The notes beneath the pieces are model-generated. The model was not told where the DNA came from. It ran no database searches and was given only the letters and a program-made list of their open reading frames with translations. DNA of 64,000 bases from Trueperaceae bacterium (GTDB lineage: Bacteria; Deinococcota; Deinococci; Deinococcales; Trueperaceae): contig OZ243956.1 of assembly GCA_965214405.1 (NCBI GenBank), positions 2,048,001-2,112,000 on the forward strand, given 5' to 3'. A program made the translations under genes and the position numbers. Numbering within the stretch: the first letter of the stretch is position 1; each line of letters opens with the position of its first letter. Positions 10,319 to 19,067 of the stretch are shown in pieces.

Positions 10319-10755
10319 GCGGGACGACTCGAGACTTCACCGCCACCACCTTCGTCGTGTGGCAAAACCGGGTGCTGCTGCACAAGCACAAAAAGCTCGG
10401 GCATTGGTTTCCCCCCGGCGGTCACATCGACCCGCACGAACTCCCCGACGACGCGGCGGTGCGCGAGGTGTTGGAGGAGTCGGGCGTGCGGGTTGAACTT
10501 ATAGGTGAGCGGGCGCTGCCGATTGAGGAGCCGCGTCAGCTTGTCCGGCCACGGGGCGTGCAGCTCGAGACCATCTCGCCCGGTCACGAGCACATTGACT
10601 TCATTTATTTTGCGAGACCTCTACCGGGTTATGCGGGGTATTTGCTCGAGACCGACCCCTCGCTCGGCTGGTACGACCGGAAGGCGCTAGGAGAGTTGGG
10701 GCTCACTGAGGAGATTAAACACTGGGTCGCGCTGGCGCTAAAAGAACTCGCCTGA
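10315..10755 (+). CDS. NUDIX hydrolase
   Basis: Nudix box [23 protein letters not shown]. Confidence 0.9.
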   Translation: MSGTTRDFTATTFVVWQNRVLLHKHKKLGHWFPPGGHIDPHELPDDAAVREVLEESGVRVELIGERALPIEEPRQLVRPRGVQLETISPGHEHIDFIYFARPLPGYAGYLLETDPSLGWYDRKALGELGLTEEIKHWVALALKELA

Positions 10756-10776
10756 GCTCGACTGAATCAAAAGCCC

Positions 10777-10805
10777 TTGCGCCTTGGGGGCCGCTTCTGT
10801 ATACT
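10777..10805 (+). promoter_or_regulatory. Sigma70-type promoter of the tRNA cluster
   Basis: TTGCGC-17 nt-TATACT ending 25 nt before tRNA-Pro. Confidence 0.6.
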
Positions 10806-10829
10806 TCATAACGCTGCTGTAAGCGGCCA

Positions 10830-10906
<77 letters not shown>

Positions 10907-10910
10907 AAAG

Positions 10911-10954
10911 GTTATTGGTATCATCAATAATTTATTATTGATGATACCAATAAC
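10911..10954. repeat. Perfect 20-bp inverted repeat between tRNA-Pro and tRNA-Gly
   Basis: GTTATTGGTATCATCAATAA-ttta-TTATTGATGATACCAATAAC. Confidence 0.9.
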
Positions 10955-10958
10955 TCCT

Positions 10959-11036
<78 letters not shown>

Positions 11037-11211
11037 AGAGGTATCATCTATGGTAGTCACCAAAGGTATCATCTATGGTGCAAGCCGTAGATGATACTCT
11101 GCAAATCATTCCTTCAGCGCATCATGCAGAAGAGGTTTAGCGCAGGGCTTACTCAGCAAGCTAGATGCAGGGGTAGCGTAATAGCGTTTGTTGATGGATG
11201 ATACCCACCTT

Positions 11212-11288
11212 GCACCAGTAGCTCAGCCGGATAGAGCAGTCGCCTTCTAAGCGATAGGTCGAGGGTTCGAGTCCTTCCTGGTGCGCCA
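11212..11288 (+). tRNA. tRNA-Arg (TCT), integration target of the island
   Basis: Cloverleaf, anticodon loop CTTCTAA, CCA end. Confidence 0.97.
11243..11288 (+). repeat. attL core (46 bp)
   Basis: CCTTCTAAGCGATAGGTCGAGGGTTCGAGTCCTTCCTGGTGCGCCA, identical to 28983-29028. Confidence 0.95.
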
Positions 11289-11384
11289 CTACAAAAGCCG
11301 TCTAGGACGGGAAAAAGAAGCGCGACCAGGTTAGTAGAGGTTGCGCTTCTTGCTATTTGCACCTTGTTTTGCACCTACAGGATT

Positions 11385-12548
11385 TTAATTTACCTCTCTC
11401 GGCGCGAGAAGCTGTGAAAGCGGAATCGCGGCGGCGCGGCGGCGGTCATCCAAAACGTGTGCGTAGCGCTTGAGGGTGAAGCTCGGGTCGGTATGCCCCA
11501 CCCGGTCGGCAATGGCGCGCAGTTCTACCCCCGCTTTATGTAAGAGCGATACGTGCATGTGTCGGAGGTCATGAAAGCGGATGCGGCGTACCTGTGCCGC
11601 ATCCTGTAGCGCGTACCAAGTGCGGTCAAAGTTGCGAGGGTGAATAGGGCCGCCCCCCTCGGTTGTAAAGATGAGGTCGTCATACTCAGGTGAGGGTGCC
11701 CCCCATTCCCCTCCCGCCTTGCGTTTCTCTGCCTCTTGCAAAGCGCGGCGCGTCTCGAGCACCGCTAGCGTCTCGGCGTCCAACACAACGCGGCGCACAC
11801 CCCTTAGCGTCTTAGGGGTGCTGATGGCGTACATGCCCCTAAGATTTATCAGGGATTGCCGAACGTGCAGCGTGTCGCCCTCTACATCCTGCCAGCGCAA
11901 GCCCAAAACTTCACCATGCCTAAGTCCCGTTGTTAAGGCAAGATAAAAGGCGGCGAAAAGCCGGTGGGGGCGCGCGGTGTCGAGAAAACGCAGCGTTTCG
12001 GCGGCTTCCCAAGCCGGGTCTTTTTTTGTAGCCTGAACCTTGAACGGCGCAACGCTCTCCACCGGGTTGCGCGGCACAAGCCCATCGCGCACAGCCTGCT
12101 TCATGGCTCGCAAAAGCACGGCGCGGGTCTTGTTCGCGCAATCGGCGCTAACCTTTTCCTTGGCCGCTAGGAGGGTGCGGCGCACATCGGCGGTCGTGAG
12201 CTTGGCGAGTTTGACCCCGCCGATATGGGGGCGTAGGTACAGCTTGGCGTACTTTTCATAGTATTCATGCGTGCGCGGTTTGACCTCGTGCTGCTTATGC
12301 CCTAACCACAGCGTCAGATACTTCCCCACAGTTAGAGTTGTGTCCGCTAACGTCCCGGTCACAAGCTGCTGCTTCAGCTCCGCAACCTTCGCCAGCACCT
12401 CCGCTTGCGTTTTACCCGATACCCATCTAAAGCGCTGCTTACCATCTTCGGAGTAACCCACCGTGACCTTACCCCGCCAGGTGCCGTTAGCCTGCTCAAA
12501 TACAGAACCCTCACCTTTGCCGCGTCTCGTGTTACGTCGTCTTGCCAT
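11385..12548 (-). CDS. Tyrosine recombinase / phage-type integrase
   Basis: RRGKGEGSVF N-terminus, TGLRHGE, RFHDLRH and VGHTD...TLKRYAH catalytic motifs. Confidence 0.96.
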   Translation of the reverse strand: MARRRNTRRGKGEGSVFEQANGTWRGKVTVGYSEDGKQRFRWVSGKTQAEVLAKVAELKQQLVTGTLADTTLTVGKYLTLWLGHKQHEVKPRTHEYYEKYAKLYLRPHIGGVKLAKLTTADVRRTLLAAKEKVSADCANKTRAVLLRAMKQAVRDGLVPRNPVESVAPFKVQATKKDPAWEAAETLRFLDTARPHRLFAAFYLALTTGLRHGEVLGLRWQDVEGDTLHVRQSLINLRGMYAISTPKTLRGVRRVVLDAETLAVLETRRALQEAEKRKAGGEWGAPSPEYDDLIFTTEGGGPIHPRNFDRTWYALQDAAQVRRIRFHDLRHMHVSLLHKAGVELRAIADRVGHTDPSFTLKRYAHVLDDRRRAAAIPLSQLLAPREVN

Positions 12549-12550
12549 GC

Positions 12551-12832
12551 TTAGCCCTCCTCTTGATACTCGAGCAAATCAGCCACTTGCAAATCTTTAC
12601 CTGTACGCTTTCTTAGCGCCTCCAACACACTCATAAGCAGCGCCACATCCAACGTGTCCGGGAGTTCGTTGGACCACCTGTAAATGGTGTTACGTGACGC
12701 CTTACCCTCTGCGCTCTCCTCTATATCTCTGTGCAATCGGTAGGGCGTTACACCTTCACGCTCGAGTAGTTCGGGAAGTTTCCATCTGGCTCTATTTTTC
12801 ACGCTTTGTAGTGTAGTGCTTTGTAGTACCAT
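12551..12832 (-). CDS. HTH (XRE/Cro-like) repressor, probably leaderless
   Basis: LLEREGVTPYRL...SRNTIYRW...VADLLEY. TATAAT lies 6 nt before the ATG. Confidence 0.75.
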   Translation of the reverse strand: MVLQSTTLQSVKNRARWKLPELLEREGVTPYRLHRDIEESAEGKASRNTIYRWSNELPDTLDVALLMSVLEALRKRTGKDLQVADLLEYQEEG

Positions 12833-12901
12833 GCGTCTATTATACTACAAAGCACAAGTTATTACAAGGCACTTGACACATTACAAAGCATTTGGTACTA
12901 T
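12803..12901. promoter_or_regulatory. Divergent promoter/operator switch
   Basis: Plus strand TTGACA(12873)-17 nt-TACTAT. Five TACAA(A/G)GC boxes in both orientations overlap both promoters. Confidence 0.75.
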
Positions 12902-12965
12902 ATAGGTACTAAAGGGTTAGGCCCTGAGAAAGCAACCCTTTAGGAATCCAGTTAAGGAGATTCAC

Positions 12966-13262
12966 ATGCAAGACTACCAGAAAGTTTTCGAGAACCAAAA
13001 CGGCTACATCAAACCCAGCGGCGGCTTCTTTTTCGCGTTCCTGAGTGAGCGTGAAGAGATGGACCTGTTCGACACCGTAGAAGAGGCTAAGAGCTACTTA
13101 GAGAAGGGCGCGGGTAACACGCCCGCCCTTCCCGCCTCCTGGGTGCTCATCCCTTCGGGCGCTGATGTCGAGGTCATGGCCGACCGTGAAGAGGAACTGC
13201 AAGCCCTCTTTACCGAGTTAGCAGACGAAGAACTCGAGCAAGAATGGAAGGTAGCGGCGTGA
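12966..13262 (+). CDS. Hypothetical acidic early protein
   Basis: AAGGAG RBS, first gene after the switch promoter. Confidence 0.65.
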   Translation: MQDYQKVFENQNGYIKPSGGFFFAFLSEREEMDLFDTVEEAKSYLEKGAGNTPALPASWVLIPSGADVEVMADREEELQALFTELADEELEQEWKVAA

Positions 13263-13597
13263 TAGCCGCTCCTTCTCTCTCCCTCGAATTAGAGACGGCG
13301 GCGCACAACCTGAATGATGCCAAGGTGCATCACTTGGGTGCGGTGGTCGCCCACGCAGAAGCTAAGCGGGCCTTGGAGCTTGCACAGGCTCGGATGCTTT
13401 GCGACGGGGTAGAGGGTAAGAACACAGAGCAGCGTAACGCGGTGATGAGGCTCGAGCTTGACGAGCTACACAACGCTTTAGCCACGGCTGAGGACGCTTT
13501 AGCAGAGGCTAGGTGCTCCCTCGAGTGCGCCCAACTGGAATGGGATTTGGCGCGTTATATCGTGCGGACTTTAGAAGCTGTGGGAGGGATGACCTAA
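13259..13597 (+). CDS. Hypothetical coiled-coil phage-like protein
   Basis: GTGA overlap with the previous gene. Helical Ala/Leu/Glu-rich sequence with GKNTEQRNA. Confidence 0.6.
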   Translation: MIAAPSLSLELETAAHNLNDAKVHHLGAVVAHAEAKRALELAQARMLCDGVEGKNTEQRNAVMRLELDELHNALATAEDALAEARCSLECAQLEWDLARYIVRTLEAVGGMT

Positions 13598-13833
13598 CGG
13601 CGGCCCTTTTTCCGCACTCATGTTGTCGCTGTGAGGGGGACTTTAGTCCCCCTTGATGATTTAAGCCCGGTGAGCCTTTTTCATCGTGAGCTACAAGTTA
13701 GCAACTTGACATAATGGTACATTATAGTCAAGTATAAGAAAGATGACAAATTTGCACACTTTGGAGATGCCAAAGTTGTGTAAACTTAGCATCTATTGTG
13801 ACGGTGATTAGCCGTTACTAGAAAGGTAATGAT

Positions 13834-14025
13834 ATGGCGACAAGTTTTGTAGGAAAGCCGCCGTTCAACGAAGTCAAAAGGGACGTAAGGAAGTCTCACG
13901 TGCCCGTGAAGTTTTCAAGCCAAGGTACACCATATGTAGACACTGCCGTGGCGGCAATCTCACCTAAGCAGCTTGAGCAGCTCGTACAGGAGCAGATGAA
14001 CCGCCGCGACAAAGATAAAGACTAG
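13834..14025 (+). CDS. Small hypothetical protein (63 aa)
   Basis: AAAGG RBS, stop overlaps the next start (TAGTG). Confidence 0.5.
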   Translation: MATSFVGKPPFNEVKRDVRKSHVPVKFSSQGTPYVDTAVAAISPKQLEQLVQEQMNRRDKDKD

Positions 14026-14849
14026 TGCCAACTGTTAACATCTTTTTGCCGCCGCTACTTGGCGGCTTTCTTTTGGTCAGCTTGTGGTATCCGCTACGCT
14101 ATTGGATACAGCGTCAAGAGGGTTACCGGCTAGTGCTAGCAGCTTCAATAGCAGGTGGCTTTCTCTTATTTTCTTCTCAACTACTGCTGTACTTCTTGGG
14201 AGACACATCCTTCTTTGCGCCTATTTTGACATGGTGGCAGTCTTTCTTACCTGTTCCAAACTCCGCCGTGGGCGTTTTGGCCTTTCTGCTCTCGTTCGTC
14301 TTCTGGGGTGTGCTCGAGGCTTTCTGCCGCTCAATTCCAGCTTTGAGACCTTACAGAATTAGAAGACGTTACATTAACGCTTCGGGAGATGCGTTTGAGC
14401 AAGCTCTACTCAAGGCGATAGAAAAGCAAGACACTGTGTCTGTCACACTCAAATCAAACAAGGTATATGTTGGGCGTCTGGCTACCTCGTTCAATCCTGT
14501 TCGGGGCGTTGAAAGCATTGGTCTCTTTTTGGAAAAAAGTGGCTACCGGGACCCTGTTACCCATGAACTGAACCTCAATGTTGACTACGCCGACACGCAT
14601 CGCAAACTAAACGAACGCATTAGCGAAATTTACAGGCAGATCATTCAGCAAGTTGTAAAAGAGCAGCCAAAAGCTGATGAAGCCAAAGTCATTCGGATAG
14701 TTTATGAGCGAGCTGAAAGCAACATAGAAATAAAGGCACTGGCACGTAACTTTGAAGTTACCATACTGGCTTCCGAAATCGTTTCTGTTGCGCCCTTTGA
14801 ACCCACCATTTTCGCGTCTTATTTTGAGAAACGAGAGAAGCCCAAATAG
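14025..14849 (+). CDS. Hypothetical membrane protein (3 N-terminal TMs plus a soluble domain)
   Basis: Hydrophobic N-terminus, VSVTLKSNKVYVG beta-hairpin, AT-rich codons. Confidence 0.7.
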   Translation: MPTVNIFLPPLLGGFLLVSLWYPLRYWIQRQEGYRLVLAASIAGGFLLFSSQLLLYFLGDTSFFAPILTWWQSFLPVPNSAVGVLAFLLSFVFWGVLEAFCRSIPALRPYRIRRRYINASGDAFEQALLKAIEKQDTVSVTLKSNKVYVGRLATSFNPVRGVESIGLFLEKSGYRDPVTHELNLNVDYADTHRKLNERISEIYRQIIQQVVKEQPKADEAKVIRIVYERAESNIEIKALARNFEVTILASEIVSVAPFEPTIFASYFEKREKPK

Positions 14850-16324
14850 TTCAAATCTGTTTGAAATCTAACGCCTAACTACGCGCCTCATAAAAGTAAG
14901 CACCACTTGGTATGACAGAATGGGAAACGTAGGTATCACCCTAGTCGCATCAAATTACGCTACCGTTAAACCTCTAAGATTCGCCAGAGCTTCCGCCACC
15001 TCGAGCCCCTTCATCTCAATAATTTCTAGCAGCTCTTCAGGGGTGCGTGTGTCCTCTTCCACCACGGCGTTAGGGTTGACCGCCTTGAGGTCATAAACCG
15101 CGTCTTCAATCGCCCTTGCTTTGTTCCGTAGGTCTCTCGCCTCACGCCCAAGCTTTACGATTTGCTCGTTAAGCGTGGCGACCTTATTTGCATTCCCCTC
15201 ACCCTTAACCAGTCCCGACAAGGTTTGTGCTTCCTGCTCGAGCCGTTGCGCTTTGCCGTACAGCGTTCTGGCTTCCTTCTCCGCCTTTTCGCGTCTGGCC
15301 TTGAAGTTGACGGTCCAACTCCTGTCACCCTCGGCGCGTTCGGGCAAAAGGTCCAAAAACTCGTCAAACTTCTTGAGGGTCAGGGGCGACTTCTTACCCA
15401 CCTTGATATCCGACAGGTCGTAATACCAGATGGTTTCGGTAGGCTTGCCTTCTCTGAAAAAGAGGATGTTCGTCTTGACGCCCGCGCCCGTGCTGCTAAA
15501 CGCCCCGCCCGGAAGACTGAGAACCGCGTACAGGTCGAACTCGTTAAGCAGCTTTGTTTTGGTCTGGACAAAGGCATTTTCATTGGTTCGGAACAGTACC
15601 CCCTCGTCAAGCACGATGCCGCAGCGCCCACCGGGGCCTAAGCTGCTCATCACGTGCTGTAAGAAAAGTACCTGTGTCGCGCTCGTCTGATAGTCGAAGT
15701 CGGTTTGTGCTTGCTTAGACTCTTTACCGCCGAACGGGGGGTTGGTAAGCACGACCTCATAGCGGTCTGGGCTGCTCTGAAAAAGCCCTTCATAAACGCC
15801 GTACCCGGTGAGGGTGTTACCGTGCCACAAGTTAGGCTGATCAATCCCGTGAAGGACGAGGTTAGCTAGCGCGATGGGAAACACGACGTTCTCTTTTTCC
15901 CGCCCATAAAAGGTGAAGTTCTTGAGCTTGGTACGCGCTTCACTCTTTAGCTCGAGCCTCGCTATGTGTTCATAAGCTTGGGCCAAGAATCCCCCTGTAC
16001 CGCAACAAGGGTCATAAATAGTTTCACCCGGTCGGGGGTCAATCGCCTTGACGACGGCGCGGATGACCTCACGCGGGGTAAAGAACTGTCCCCCGTCGTT
16101 GCCCTTCTCACCCATCTTGAGAAGCAAGCCTTCGTAAACCTGAGAGAGCGGGAACTGGTGGGTCGCGTCTATGCGTTGTTCGCTTATCGCGTCTACCATG
16201 TCGAGCACGTCTAACAGGTTCTTCTCTGTGTCTACCCGTGTGCGCTCAGTACTCGAGATGATTTCGCTAATAATCTTTTGCCGGGGTGTGGCGTTCGGTT
16301 GGTCGCGCAATTCATGAAGGTGGG

Positions 16325-17454
16325 CTCAGTACACGACAGATTTGAAATAAAGGGCTCTCCAGTGAAGAATGGATGTTGCGAGACACCACTTCAAGGGAGA
16401 GCATATGAAGCATACCGGGTTGCTGGCACAGTTGAAAGCGAGCGGCTTAAAGCTGCACCCGTCACGGCTTAAGTTCTTGAGCTTGTTGATGATCGCGATG
16501 GTGCAGGCAAAGACGGTGAACTTGGCGACGTTGGTAGGCATGATGGAGGGCAGAGCCCAGCCGGACTCGCTTTACAGACGGGCGCAACGGTTTTTCCAAG
16601 GCTTGCACTTGGCCGATGAGACAGTTTTCAGGTACGCGCTGAGTCTAGGTCCCAAGCGAAGCTACAGCCTGTGCCTAGACCGGACGAACTGGAAGTTTGG
16701 CAAACTCGACATCAACATCTTGACCCTGGCTTATGCGCATGAGGGCGTAGCGGTTCCCTTACTGTGGTGTCTTTTGCCCAAGGCTGGCAACTCCGCCACG
16801 CAAGAACGCATTACGCTTTTGGAGCGTTTGCTAAAACTTTTGCCCGTAGACCAGCTAGAGGTGCTGCTAGCCGATAGGGAGTTCATCGGGGGCGACTGGT
16901 TCGCTTATCTTGAGCGTAAGCACATCCCTTTCGTTATCCGCGTGCGTAAAGACGCTCTCGGTGATGGCTGGTTTCATCTGTTCGGCTTTTTCCAGCATCT
17001 ACCTGTGGGTGAGCACAAGGTACTTAAACAGCGCTACACTGTCTTTGGTGTTGAGCTTGGGGTTGCAGGCGCGCGTTTAGAGGGTGGAGAATACATCATC
17101 GTCGTCACCAACCGCAATCCTAAGCAGGCCCTCGCAAGCTACGCGAAGCGCTGGCAGATAGAATGCTTGTTCAAAGCCTTGAAAAGCAGCGGCTTTGACT
17201 TTGAAGCTACGCATCTCAAGCACCTAGAGCGCATTAACACCTTACTTGTCGTTGTGACCCTGGCTTTCTTATGGGCCTTGAAAGTCGGAGCATTTGTTCA
17301 CCGTCAGCTCAAACCTGTTCGAATGAAGTCGCACGGGCGCAAGCAGAAGTCTTTATTCCGGGCAGGCTTAGACCATCTCAGGCATCTGCTCACCAACTCG
17401 GCAACCAAAAAGCCTGACCTGGACCGCTGTTTTCGGCTTTTGTCGTGTACTTAG
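16325..17454 (+). mobile_element. IS4-family insertion sequence, copy 1 (1130 bp)
   Basis: Terminal IRs CTCAGTACACGACA / TGTCGTGTACTTAG. 9-bp TSD GAAGGTGGG at 16316-16324 and 17455-17463. Confidence 0.93.
16369..17454 (+). CDS. IS4-family DDE transposase
   Basis: LDRTNWK, LLADREF and YAKRWQIECLFKALK (YREK signature). Confidence 0.93.
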   Translation: MDVARHHFKGEHMKHTGLLAQLKASGLKLHPSRLKFLSLLMIAMVQAKTVNLATLVGMMEGRAQPDSLYRRAQRFFQGLHLADETVFRYALSLGPKRSYSLCLDRTNWKFGKLDINILTLAYAHEGVAVPLLWCLLPKAGNSATQERITLLERLLKLLPVDQLEVLLADREFIGGDWFAYLERKHIPFVIRVRKDALGDGWFHLFGFFQHLPVGEHKVLKQRYTVFGVELGVAGARLEGGEYIIVVTNRNPKQALASYAKRWQIECLFKALKSSGFDFEATHLKHLERINTLLVVVTLAFLWALKVGAFVHRQLKPVRMKSHGRKQKSLFRAGLDHLRHLLTNSATKKPDLDRCFRLLSCT

Positions 17455-17834
17455 GAAGGTGGGGCAAAAGCTTAGTGTTCACAAAGTCGAAAAAAGCACC
17501 CATCGCGCCGTTCGTCAGCTCGCGCCGTTTCCAGCCTCGAGGCTTTTCCCCCTCTACACCAAACGCTTCAGCCGGTAGCTTTTCGTCATAGGGTGCCGCC
17601 CAATCGCGCCAGCGGTAGGGGGACTCGAGCGACGGTTCGTAAGCGCCGCCCAGTAACGCTTCCTCTTCCGCTTCTACTGACTCGCGTTCGTCAAGGATGC
17701 GTAAGAAGAGAATCCAGGTGAGTTCAGGCACGTACTGGAGCGCCCCGGCGCAGTTAGAGCGGCGTAGCACGTCGCAGATGCTCCAAACGTAGCTGTTCAG
17801 GGCTTGGGGTGTGGACAGGTTTAACTCGTTAGCT

Positions 17835-19067
17835 TTAGGCGGCATGGTTTAACCTCGTTGATTGGCCGGTGCCTGTGGGGATGTAACCTAACTCTTTTAG
17901 CTGAGCAAGATGAATTGAAAGCTCACCCCGTAGGAAGTTTTCGGCTTTACCAGGCCAACGCTCGAGTACCTCAGCAAGAATCTCTTTATCTGTCGGGGTC
18001 TGACCATCCAAGAGTAAGTCATTCCAAGCCGCGTAAAGTGTTGCTACTGCCTCGAGCATCTTCGTATCCATGCCTGAGACCTCACTTAAAAACTTGACAA
18101 AACTTGATTTTTTATCACCTAAAAATTTTTCAGCTTCACCGAGTTGCGCTGAAATATCCTCTAGGACCTCATAACGCGGCTTACGCTCTTCATGCGCCTC
18201 AAACCATCCGTTTTGCTCAGCTTGCGCCTCGAGGTCGTAAACAGCTTTGTCAAATGGTCCATATTGACCCCGCCCAAAAGTATAGGCTAGGTTTAGACCA
18301 AAGTACACTTGAGCCATGTAAAGAACTTTCATAAGCTGAGTGACGCCGAAGGTGGGGCGGTTGTGAAGGTGATGGACGATGTAGCTACCGATAAAACCGC
18401 GCAAATCTGAAGCTGAAGAATTGCCTTCTTGATTGGCAAGTTGACCACTAAAGGCTTGACGAAGTAGAGCGGCGGGTAGACTATTTATCGCCTTGAGCTG
18501 TGCTTCTGTAGCGGCTCGAGCCTTATCCACTTCGGCCATTTGCTGATTAACTGCCTCAAGAACTGTGTATTGCTCTTCAAGCGGCGGCAGAGGTATTTCA
18601 AGTTCACTCAAAAAGTCTTTAGGGACTCGCTGCTGTCCTGCCGAACCTGTGAAGGCTAGCTCAGCACGGTTGAGCACAGAAGGTTGCCGCACAAAATAAT
18701 GAATCCATTCCGCTGCAATTTTTGGACCCGGCTTGATTACATGGAACTCAGTTGAGCCAAAAGCAATACCATCAATTAACCCCTTTGCGATAGCGTGTTT
18801 CCCGTTTTGCATACAAGGGGTAATTTTTGCGAAGATTACGTCTCCCTCTTCAAAATAGGTATAACCCTTCTTTACTTCAGCAAACTTTCTTGTTTCTGGC
18901 GTTGTGATAGCACCTGTTGAATCATCCACCGCTGGCATGGGGACGAAGGTTGTTATAGCCTTGTCATTTCGCTCAAGACCGCTTGGCCTACGTGGGTTAA
19001 TTTCGGCCACGTCAGCCAGTCTTACCCACTTCCACCCTTTTGGCAATTCGACTCGAGCCCCACTCAC
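17835..19067 (-). CDS. hsdS: Type I R-M specificity subunit: a single TRD fused to an extra C-terminal domain
   Basis: LPKGWKWVRL...IPLPPLEEQ...LLRQAFSGQL covers about 210 aa. The remaining ~200 aa do not resemble a TRD. Confidence 0.85.
   Translation of the reverse strand: MSGARVELPKGWKWVRLADVAEINPRRPSGLERNDKAITTFVPMPAVDDSTGAITTPETRKFAEVKKGYTYFEEGDVIFAKITPCMQNGKHAIAKGLIDGIAFGSTEFHVIKPGPKIAAEWIHYFVRQPSVLNRAELAFTGSAGQQRVPKDFLSELEIPLPPLEEQYTVLEAVNQQMAEVDKARAATEAQLKAINSLPAALLRQAFSGQLANQEGNSSASDLRGFIGSYIVHHLHNRPTFGVTQLMKVLYMAQVYFGLNLAYTFGRGQYGPFDKAVYDLEAQAEQNGWFEAHEERKPRYEVLEDISAQLGEAEKFLGDKKSSFVKFLSEVSGMDTKMLEAVATLYAAWNDLLLDGQTPTDKEILAEVLERWPGKAENFLRGELSIHLAQLKELGYIPTGTGQSTRLNHAA

Larger units (their letters stand above)
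14955..17845 (-). pseudogene. hsdM: Type I R-M methyltransferase subunit, interrupted by an IS
   Basis: GQFFTPREV, DPCCGTGGFL and TNPPF motifs. Removing the IS and one TSD copy restores the frame (...KLLPHL-HELRDQPNATPRQK...). Confidence 0.93.

Noticed and set aside
14955..16310. Independent complete methyltransferase gene
   Set aside because: It is the 3' part of hsdM. The N-terminal part lies beyond the IS and rejoins in frame.
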